From an uncultured bacterium (GTDB lineage: Bacteria > Zixibacteria > MSB-5A5 > GN15 > FEB-12): DNA of 21,954 nt. Within the stretch, counting starts at the first letter, position 1. Each line of letters begins with the position of its first letter. Below are positions 1 through 6,885 of this stretch, piece by piece. The stretch is taken from the NCBI GenBank assembly GCA_965372795.1, contig CBDVDR010000030.1, positions 1 to 21,954 on the forward strand, given 5' to 3'. The notes beneath the pieces are model-generated. The model was not told where the DNA came from and did not search any database. It saw only the letters and a list, made by a program, of their open reading frames with translations. A program made the position numbers and the translations under genes.

Positions 1-476
1 CCTAATTTATAACCAACAATAATTTCTTTATCATCATAATAATCTACAATACCTAAAATTTCGGTATATGGTATACAAATCGAGTTTCTCAAATATTTAA
101 GATGCAAAGATTTCTTAAAGTTCAATTCATAAAAAAATGTTTTTATTAAATCACCAATCAAATATATTTTCTCGTCTCTATTGAGTTTGGGGTAAATAAA
201 TAATTTTTCATACTGACTAATCAATTCGTTAGGTAGGTCCTGATGAAATTGAATTAATTTTGTATATAAATCTGCTTCTTGAATAGTTGACATAGAAAGA
301 AAAGTATTTGAAACTTTAATAATTTTCTTTTCTTCCTTAACTATTATATGATATTTAGTTATAAAGTTAAGTTCAAATATTCTACCATCATAATCACCTG
401 AATCAATCTCATCTAGTGCTACTGTATATACTTGATCATTTTTAATTATTTTGTCATTTATGAGGTTTTGTATCAT
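1..476 (-). CDS. Hypothetical protein, 3'-truncated by the window edge (>=158 aa)
   Basis: Manual translation: ATG at 476, preceded by GGGGAGA (SD-like), open to position 1 with no stop: MIQNLINDKIIKNDQVYTVALDEIDSGDYDGRIFELNFITKYHIIVKEEKKIIKVSNTFLSMSTIQEADLYTKLIQFHQDLPNELISQYEKLFIYPKLNRDEKIYLIGDLIKTFFYELNFKKSLHLKYLRNSICIPYTEILGIVDYYDDKEIIVGYKLG. A 158-codon open frame in such AT-rich DNA is unlikely by chance. No family motif recognised. Confidence 0.85.
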   Translation of the reverse strand, partial: MIQNLINDKIIKNDQVYTVALDEIDSGDYDGRIFELNFITKYHIIVKEEKKIIKVSNTFLSMSTIQEADLYTKLIQFHQDLPNELISQYEKLFIYPKLNRDEKIYLIGDLIKTFFYELNFKKSLHLKYLRNSICIPYTEILGIVDYYDDKEIIVGYKL

Positions 477-631
477 AATGGTCTCCCCTGCTATAATTAT
501 TTACTGAATAGTCTATTTATAACTATCTTTGCCCCGTTTGTCAACAATGCGATCTGACTCCTACAAATTCCCCACCACATCGTTGATGAATGCATTTTCG
601 CTACCCTTTATAAAAGGAGGAACGGAAAGTT

Positions 632-889
632 ATGCCCAAAATCCAGACCACAAAATCTCAAAAATCACACTATGCGAAAAAATGCTCAAAATCACAAAAA
701 GTGCCCTTACACTATCAAAAACATAAAAGTGAGCAAACGAACCCATTTCCATTGTACAATGAAACTACAAAAGGAGTTATAAAGAAATTTGATACTTTTT
801 TGCATAAATCTATGTGTGCAATCTACGCCAGAGTAAATCACACAACGTGTGCGAACCCATTTTCATTGTACTATGATTGGCTACAATAA
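632..889 (+). CDS. Possible small basic protein (85 aa), doubtful
   Basis: AAGGAGG SD ends at 620, 11 nt before ATG 632. Lys-rich with internal repeats (KSQK x2, NPFxLY x2). No known domain, and it may be a by-product of the DNA repeat. Confidence 0.3.
   Translation: MPKIQTTKSQKSHYAKKCSKSQKVPLHYQKHKSEQTNPFPLYNETTKGVIKKFDTFLHKSMCAIYARVNHTTCANPFSLYYDWLQ
738..876 (+). repeat. Two-copy 25-bp imperfect direct repeat, 114-bp period
   Basis: CGAACCCATTTCCATTGTACAATGA (738-762) vs CGAACCCATTTTCATTGTACTATGA (852-876), 23/25 identical. Confidence 0.85.
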
Positions 890-923
890 CTTACAGCGAA
901 AAAACGTGCATTTTATAAAGAAA

Positions 924-950
924 GGCAGGTCTCGGGGAGACCTGCCCTAC
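924..950 (-). repeat. GTAG-type REP-like palindrome
   Basis: Minus strand reads GTAG-GGCAGGTCTC-CCC-GAGACCTGCC: a GTAG tetranucleotide directly abutting a perfect 10-bp stem with a 3-nt loop, which is the architecture of GTAG-family REP elements. Confidence 0.65.
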
Positions 951-982
951 GGACAAGAAATTTATTTACATGTTAAAACTCA

Positions 983-1253
983 CTACCACTAAAAGCGGCG
1001 AAGCCTCAATAGTGACCATGTCACTCAGACAGGCAATGTTTGCATCTTATCATGTTTTGCACTGTCTATCGCAAATAGGCGCGAAGCGCTTCAACGTGAC
1101 TATGTCACCAAGGTGCGAAGCACTTAAGTGTGACCCTGTTACAAAAAAAGGCAGGTTGTTAAACCTGCCTTTTAAATTCATAAATATGTTTTCAACTCAA
1201 AATGACTCTATCGCAAAAAGCGGCGAAGCCTTAAGAGTGACTGCGTCACTCTT
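983..1253. repeat. Cluster of four REP-like double-hairpin units (GCGAAGC hairpin - TYAA - GTGAC-N3-GTYAC hairpin)
   Basis: Units at 983-1026, 1066-1108, 1111-1143 and 1208-1251. Units 1 and 4 are 36/44 identical. Stems are preserved while loops vary. Unit 4 overlaps the gyrA stop codon. Confidence 0.8.
1143..1173 (-). terminator. Intrinsic terminator downstream of gyrA (possibly bidirectional)
   Basis: A7-GGCAGGTT-GTTA-AACCTGCC-T4. On the minus strand this is an 8-bp stem followed by U7, about 75 nt after the gyrA stop. Confidence 0.8.
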
Positions 1254-3672
1254 CGGTGACTACGCGGGCAACATCGGTGACAAGATCGCCGTCTTTGAGT
1301 CTGATCAACCGCACACCCTGAGTGTTACGACCGATAACTTTGATGTCCTTAACATTCTGACGATTTGCAATTCCGTTTTTAGTTATCAGAATCAGTTCGT
1401 CATGATCGAGCACTTCTTTAATCGCCACCACATCGCCGTTTCGTTCGGAGGTTTTAACATTGATAACCCCTTTACCACCCCGGTTGGTGATTCGGTAACC
1501 GTCAATCAGTGTTCGTTTACCATAGCCGTTTTCAGAAACGACCAGCAACGAAGTATCCCGTTTGACCACTACCATGCCGACCACATAATCGCCCTTGGCA
1601 AGTTTGATACCTTTGACACCATAGGCGGTGCGACCCATCGAACGGACTTTTTCTTCATTGAACCGGATCGCCATTCCCTTTCGAGTCGCCAGCACAATTT
1701 CATAACTGCCATCAGACAAGGCGGCTTCGATAAGTTCATCATCCTGCGGAATATTCATAGCGTTCACACCGGCAGAACGCGGATGAGAGAACGCAATCAG
1801 TGCAGTTTTCTTGACGATTCCGTTTTTGGTCGCCATTACAATGAAATTATCTTCTGTAAATTCGCGCACCTTACAGAATGCGGTAATCGACTCGCCTTTG
1901 GACATGTTGCACAGATTGATAATCGGTTTACCTTTGGCAAGTTTCCCGCCGGTCGGAATACCATGCACCTTGACCCAGTAGCATCGTCCTTTGTTGGAGA
2001 AGAACAGAATATAGTCGTGGGTCGAGGCTATAAAGAGATGTTCGGCAAAATCATCATCTTTGGTTTCAACCCCGATCACGCCTTTGCCGCCACGTTGTTG
2101 ACGACGGTAGGCAGAAACCGACAAGCGTTTGACATAGCCGAGATGCGAGATAGTGATAACCATCTCTTCCTCGGCAATAAAGTCTTCGACTGATAATTCA
2201 TCAGCAGCATCCTGAATTTCGGTGCGGCGTTCATCGCCATATTTTTCAGCGAGGGCTGTGGATTCATCTTTGATGATTTGCATCCGTAAAGATTTTGATT
2301 CGAGAATACTTTTTAATGCCGCGATTTTCTTTATAAGCTCAAGATATTCATCTTCGATTTTTTGACGTTCGAGACCGGTCAGCCTTTGGAGACGCATTTC
2401 CAAAATAGCAGTAGCCTGGATTTTGGAAAGTTTGAAATTTTTCATCAATCCCGAATGAGCCGTAGGAGTATCTTTTGCTTTTTTGATCAGTTTGATAATC
2501 TCATCAATATTGTCAAGGGCGATTCGATATCCTTCAAGGATATGCGCTCGTTCTTCAGTTTTACGCAGATCGTATTTGGTTCTTCGTACGACAACTTCAT
2601 GCCGGTGTTCAATAAAACAGGAAATCTGCTGTTTAAGAGTCATCAATTTCGGAATACCATGGTCAAGGGCAAGCATATTCACCGAGAAAGTGACCTGCAT
2701 AGTTGTATGTTTATAAAGCTGATTAAGCACAACGTCGGATTGTTTGTCACGTTTGATTTCGATAACGATCCGCATACCATCACGGTCGGATTCATCCCGA
2801 AGATCAAAGATACCGTCAATCCGTTTTTGGCGTACCAGGTCAGCAATTTTTTCAAGCAGATTAGATTTATTAACCTGATATGGAATTTCATTAACAATGA
2901 TAGCTTCTTTACCATTAGCCATATGTTCTATAACCACTTTGGCGCGAAGTAAAATATGTCCTTTGCCGGTTTCGTATGCCTGACGAATACCTTCCCGTCC
3001 GTTGATAATTCCGCCGGTTGGGAAATCAGGACCGGGGACAAACTGGATTAATTCGGCATTGGTACATTTTGGGTTGTCGATGACATGAAGAATCGCCTGT
3101 GTGATTTCATTCAAATTGTGTGATGGAATATTTGTTGCCATACCAACGGCTATACCGGTTGAACCGTTACATAAAAGATTCGGGAATTTTCCGGGAAGCA
3201 CAATCGGTTCTTTACGGGTATTATCATAGTTGTTGATAAAATCGACTGTTTCTTTCTCTAAATCAGCAAGCATCTCAACTGCTATCGGAGAAAGACGGGC
3301 TTCCGTATAACGCATCGCAGCCGCACCATCGCCGTCAATAGATCCAAAGTTACCCTGTCCTGCAATAAGCGGATAGCGGAGGTTGAAGTCCTGTGCCATT
3401 CTGACAAGGGTCGGATAGACTACCTGCTCACCATGGGGATGGTAGTTACCGGAGGTATCACCGGCGATTTTGGCACATTTACGATGAGCCTTGCCGGGGT
3501 TAAGATTCAAATCATTCATTGCCACCAGAATGCGACGATTTGATGGTTTGAGACCGTCTCTAATATCAGGAAGGGCGCGATTCGTAATAACCGACATCGA
3601 ATAGTCGAGATATGATGATTTCATCTCTTCTTCAAGAAAGACAGTTTCAATTTTTTGTCGCTCTAAAGCCAT
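1246..3672 (-). CDS. gyrA: DNA gyrase subunit A (808 aa)
   Basis: N-terminal YLDYSMSVIxxRALPDIRDGLKP, YHPHG, GQGNFGSIDGDGAAAMRYTE (catalytic Tyr122), TGIAVGMATNIP. GyrA-box QQRGGKG at the start of the C-terminal beta-pinwheel repeats distinguishes it from ParC. Confidence 0.98.
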   Translation of the reverse strand: MALERQKIETVFLEEEMKSSYLDYSMSVITNRALPDIRDGLKPSNRRILVAMNDLNLNPGKAHRKCAKIAGDTSGNYHPHGEQVVYPTLVRMAQDFNLRYPLIAGQGNFGSIDGDGAAAMRYTEARLSPIAVEMLADLEKETVDFINNYDNTRKEPIVLPGKFPNLLCNGSTGIAVGMATNIPSHNLNEITQAILHVIDNPKCTNAELIQFVPGPDFPTGGIINGREGIRQAYETGKGHILLRAKVVIEHMANGKEAIIVNEIPYQVNKSNLLEKIADLVRQKRIDGIFDLRDESDRDGMRIVIEIKRDKQSDVVLNQLYKHTTMQVTFSVNMLALDHGIPKLMTLKQQISCFIEHRHEVVVRRTKYDLRKTEERAHILEGYRIALDNIDEIIKLIKKAKDTPTAHSGLMKNFKLSKIQATAILEMRLQRLTGLERQKIEDEYLELIKKIAALKSILESKSLRMQIIKDESTALAEKYGDERRTEIQDAADELSVEDFIAEEEMVITISHLGYVKRLSVSAYRRQQRGGKGVIGVETKDDDFAEHLFIASTHDYILFFSNKGRCYWVKVHGIPTGGKLAKGKPIINLCNMSKGESITAFCKVREFTEDNFIVMATKNGIVKKTALIAFSHPRSAGVNAMNIPQDDELIEAALSDGSYEIVLATRKGMAIRFNEEKVRSMGRTAYGVKGIKLAKGDYVVGMVVVKRDTSLLVVSENGYGKRTLIDGYRITNRGGKGVINVKTSERNGDVVAIKEVLDHDELILITKNGIANRQNVKDIKVIGRNTQGVRLIRLKDGDLVTDVARVVTEE

Positions 3673-3892
3673 TTATAAATCCTCATTCAATAATATTTCA
3701 AAACCTTCATAAGTTGTTAAAAATAAGTGATTAATATAAATTAATCAACTAAAAACATCTTTGAATTAGCCTTATATGGCGTTGTCTTTCATGTGGTTAC
3801 AGTACGATTTTGGTTGTTTTGTAGAATTGTAAAATTAAACTTACTTTTGATCGAAAAAAGCCTTAAGATTGGTATAAATTTGGAGGAAAAAG

Positions 3893-4444
3893 GTGCGTTA
3901 TATTGTTATTTTAGTAGTTATTATTTTAGTGTTTTCGGTCGCTTTTTATGTAAAAACAAATGATGTGGAAAGCTCAGTTGAATCTGAAACAATGGTAAAA
4001 ATGGTTAAATTTGAAATCACTCAGTTGAACAATATGTGGAAAGGTCCGGGATTATTACATTTTCAGGATACTTCATCCATGATGACACTTGAAAGTGAAA
4101 TACTTTTCAGCTACGATTCGACTGAGAACAATTATAAAACATGGTCAAGTATTTCCGGTCATGAATATAAATATTCCGACAATGGAATATTTAAAGCGGT
4201 AAATGATTCCATTTATTGGGATGTGACCACCCCGACCGGACTGGTAATGAATTTTGCCGGAGAAATTCGAAACAATATTATGACTTTGGAGTACAAAAAA
4301 GAAGAACATAAATATATTTATACTTTGTATTTTCCAACTGAGGGGAAATTGTATATCAGTCATGAATTGTTTGCAGATACAAGTAAAGTACAATGGCTGG
4401 AATTTACTTTAGCCAAAGACAAGATTGTTGAAGAAACCAATTAA
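3893..4444 (+). CDS. Hypothetical exported or membrane-anchored protein, beta-rich (possibly calycin/DUF1579-like)
   Basis: GTG start with GGAGG SD at 3882-3886, N-terminal hydrophobic helix, and a W-x-G-x-G motif. Similar to the downstream gene. The fold call is inference. Confidence 0.8.
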   Translation: MRYIVILVVIILVFSVAFYVKTNDVESSVESETMVKMVKFEITQLNNMWKGPGLLHFQDTSSMMTLESEILFSYDSTENNYKTWSSISGHEYKYSDNGIFKAVNDSIYWDVTTPTGLVMNFAGEIRNNIMTLEYKKEEHKYIYTLYFPTEGKLYISHELFADTSKVQWLEFTLAKDKIVEETN

Positions 4445-4451
4445 GAAAAAT

Positions 4452-4952
4452 ATGAAAAAATATAAACAGATTTCTTTTGTACTTATTCTCTTGTTAGCAT
4501 TTTTAAATGTTCAGGGTGAAACAGATAAAGAGATAATGAAACTTGAGGGCAAATGGGATGGGGTTGGCGAGTTTTTGATCCCCGGAGTAAACACCATAAT
4601 GGCAATCAGCGGCAAAGCTGAATTTGTTTACAATAAAGATAAAGATTATCTCTGGACTTCTTTGACCGGCGAGAAATTTTTATTTAAATATTCCGATAGC
4701 GGCCATCTGGCAATGGACCAGACCGGAGATTCGTTAACGTGGAAAGTCTGGGATAATATGGGGAAATTCGCAAATTATCGCGGGGTTCTCGATAGTAATA
4801 TCATTCATGGTTCAAGGATGCATAAGCAATTGCAATATGATGTTCAAATTGAGATAGTTCATATTGATAGTATTGATTTCAGGTTAACAGCCACAAATGC
4901 TAAAGGCGAGTCAAAAGACAAAGCTAAATTTCATCTTTGGCGGGTTAAGTAA
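4452..4952 (+). CDS. Hypothetical secreted protein, beta-rich (possibly calycin/DUF1579-like)
   Basis: ATG 4452, 7 nt after the upstream stop, gives a Sec-type signal peptide MKKYKQISFVLILLLAFLNVQG, so I prefer it to the TTG at 4425. LEGKWDGVG resembles the calycin-type G-x-W motif. Confidence 0.8.
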   Translation: MKKYKQISFVLILLLAFLNVQGETDKEIMKLEGKWDGVGEFLIPGVNTIMAISGKAEFVYNKDKDYLWTSLTGEKFLFKYSDSGHLAMDQTGDSLTWKVWDNMGKFANYRGVLDSNIIHGSRMHKQLQYDVQIEIVHIDSIDFRLTATNAKGESKDKAKFHLWRVK

Positions 4953-4956
4953 ATTT

Positions 4957-5538
4957 TTATTCAGTCGGACTAAAAGTCCAATGCCATGATTCCCAATAAG
5001 TTTCCCCGGTAGTATCTTCAGGGATTGTTTCATAAAAACCATAATTGCTGCCATTTTCAATTAACCATAGATATATTTTTGTGTGGGCAAAACGAGCCTC
5101 GCTGGGGACTAAATCAACAGCATAGCCGGTTTCATGTTCACTATAACCCGGAGGAGCCACAAAGCGGATAACCTCTTCAAAGGTTGTCCCCTCAGCCATA
5201 CGCCGTTTTATAATTCTATTTTGAAATGACCCGGACCTGTACCCGGAATCTACAATTAAATAAATACTGTCTTTTTGGGCGGCATCAGCCATTTCAACAA
5301 AGGCTGCTTTAGTTTCAGTTCGGACGTAGATTTTATAATCTTCAAAAGTTAAACTATCGGGTAATCGGACCAATTTTTCCGGTTCGGCAATTTGAGCGGA
5401 ATCTATCTTCTTCCCTGCCCACCGTTCAGTTACATTATATTCAACCGAGTCGATTACAATCGTCTCAACACAACCTTCTGCAGCAACTGTTACAGCAATA
5501 AGCAGGCAAAATATAATTAAGCTGATTATTTTTTTCAT
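4957..5538 (-). CDS. M15B-family (VanY/LdcB-like) zinc carboxypeptidase, exported
   Basis: Signal peptide, SGYRS, APPGYSEHETGYAVD (SxHxxGxAxD) and ESWHW (ExxH). Confidence 0.92.
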   Translation of the reverse strand: MKKIISLIIFCLLIAVTVAAEGCVETIVIDSVEYNVTERWAGKKIDSAQIAEPEKLVRLPDSLTFEDYKIYVRTETKAAFVEMADAAQKDSIYLIVDSGYRSGSFQNRIIKRRMAEGTTFEEVIRFVAPPGYSEHETGYAVDLVPSEARFAHTKIYLWLIENGSNYGFYETIPEDTTGETYWESWHWTFSPTE

Positions 5539-5574
5539 AACCCAATCATAGATATTATTTGGCAGGAATCAAAC

Positions 5575-5603
5575 AAAAAAGGCTCCTCCGAAAGGAGAAG
5601 CCT
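5575..5603 (-). terminator. Intrinsic terminator after the flavin reductase gene
   Basis: Minus strand GGCTTCTCC-TTTC-GGAGGAGCC (one G-U pair) followed by U6, about 20 nt after the stop at 5625. Confidence 0.8.
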
Positions 5604-5624
5604 AAATTTTAACAAAAGAAATTA

Positions 5625-6098
5625 TTAACCGGCATACTTTAGCTTACTGTTGCTGGAGGTCATAATTGTAGCATCCTTGTCAAGTTCCGCAACCCTAATT
5701 TCGCCAATATAGAGGGTATGGTTACCAACCGGCACTGATTTGATTATGACACAATCCAAATAACCGGCGGCACCATTTATAACAGGCGTACCAGTGGACG
5801 GTGCTGGAGTAAGAACCGCCGATCTCAATTTTTCATACCCGGATTCAGCCGGTCCAAAATAAGTTTTTGCAACGCCGTCCTGTCCCTGGGCAAGAAGATT
5901 TACCACAAAAGCGTTACTTTCGTTCAACAATCTCGATGATTGATGTTTATTATGAACCGCCAAAGCGACCATTGGAGGTTCCGAACTGACTTGCGTTAAC
6001 CATGATGCCGTAAAAGCATTCCCATCATTTCCTTTACCCATTGAAATAACATAGACCCCATATTCAAACTTTTGTAAAACTCTCTCTATTTCTTTCAT
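5625..6098 (-). CDS. Flavin reductase-like FMN-binding protein
   Basis: YGVYVI, TASWLTQVSSEPPMV, FVVNLL and GNHTLYIGEI (GDH-like motif) are typical of the flavin reductase/flavoredoxin split-barrel family. Confidence 0.92.
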   Translation of the reverse strand: MKEIERVLQKFEYGVYVISMGKGNDGNAFTASWLTQVSSEPPMVALAVHNKHQSSRLLNESNAFVVNLLAQGQDGVAKTYFGPAESGYEKLRSAVLTPAPSTGTPVINGAAGYLDCVIIKSVPVGNHTLYIGEIRVAELDKDATIMTSSNSKLKYAG

Positions 6099-6208
6099 AG
6101 CTCTCTCGATGTTAAAATTTTTTTAATACTTTTTGATAATTGACTAATTTAATCAACAATTATACGGGAGTTTGGTTTCAAATAGATAGTAAATTTAAAA
6201 TTTTTCAT

Positions 6209-6237
6209 AAAAAAAACCGCCTTTAAAAGGCGGTTTT
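6209..6237 (-). terminator. Intrinsic terminator after ferritin
   Basis: A-run, CCGCCTTT-A-AAAGGCGG inverted repeat, T-run; 20 nt past the ferritin stop. Confidence 0.85.
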
Positions 6238-6256
6238 ATATAGATTTATATTCTAT

Positions 6257-6760
6257 TTATTCAGAACCGTTCGAACGAAGGGAAGCAATCCTATTTTCAA
6301 GCATGAGTAATTGCCCGGTACTGTCAGACATTCTAACCAGAGCAACCATTTCTGAGGCAGTAGCCTCCTCTTCAACCTGTTCATGAACAAACCACTGGAA
6401 AAAGTTTTCAGTTGCAAAATCTTTTTCCTCACGGGCGAGATTAACCATTTCATTAATCTTCCCGGTTATAAACTTTTCGTGTTCCAATCCAGCTGAGACA
6501 ATCTCAAGGGGTGTTTTAAAGTCAGATTTTGGCTGATCAAGAGATTGCAGTTTTACCGCAGCACCCTGATCGTTCAGGTAATCGGCCATTTTTAAAGCAT
6601 GAACCTGTTCCTCATTAGCTTGCTCATGATACCATTTAGCAAACATTTTCAGGTCCATTGTTTCAAAAGAATAAGCCATTGACAAATACAACCAATATGA
6701 AAAGAATTCATTTTGAATTTGATCGTTAATAGCTGATGCCATCTTTTTTGAAAGAGCCAT
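6257..6760 (-). CDS. ftnA: Non-heme prokaryotic ferritin
   Basis: INDQIQNEFFSYWLYLSMA, QANEEQVHA, LEHEKFIT and FQWFVHEQVEEE ferroxidase-centre motifs. GGGAGA SD upstream. Confidence 0.95.
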   Translation of the reverse strand: MALSKKMASAINDQIQNEFFSYWLYLSMAYSFETMDLKMFAKWYHEQANEEQVHALKMADYLNDQGAAVKLQSLDQPKSDFKTPLEIVSAGLEHEKFITGKINEMVNLAREEKDFATENFFQWFVHEQVEEEATASEMVALVRMSDSTGQLLMLENRIASLRSNGSE

Positions 6761-6885
6761 TTTTTTATCTCCCTTATTTTTAATTTAATTTGTTTCTATC
6801 TAAAACTGAAATAATTATTAATCGTTCCACAATCTGTATGATATACACGAAAAATCAAGGAGATATTTGTATTATTTAGGCTAAG

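Noticed and set aside
540..564. Second degenerate GTAG-REP (minus strand GTAG-GA-GTCAGATCGCATTGTTGAC)
   Set aside because: Only a 4-5 bp stem, so it cannot be distinguished from chance.
529..726. 65-aa plus-strand ORF
   Set aside because: TTG start with no SD; overlaps the better-supported 632..889 frame.
983..1251. Repeat cluster as a CRISPR array
   Set aside because: Units are too divergent, spacers are irregular (about 39, 2 and 64 nt, one being a terminator), and there are no cas genes in the window.
983..1251. Repeat units as integron attC sites
   Set aside because: No RYYYAAC...GTTRRRY boundaries, no cassette ORFs between units and no integrase.
970..2193. 407-aa plus-strand ORF
   Set aside because: Antisense shadow of gyrA in the codon-aligned frame. 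Its 5' part runs through the hairpin repeats and terminator (the repeated KSGEA merely reflects the DNA repeat). No clear SD and no recognisable domain.
2362..2952. 196-aa plus-strand ORF and other short ORFs inside gyrA
   Set aside because: Shadow or alternative-frame ORFs fully within a conserved gene.
4425..4451. TTG start at 4425 for the second exported protein
   Set aside because: ATG 4452 gives a cleaner signal peptide and avoids a 20-nt overlap with the upstream gene.
4957..5538. VanY as part of a glycopeptide-resistance cluster
   Set aside because: No vanHAX/vanRS genes nearby; M15B peptidases are widespread housekeeping cell-wall enzymes.
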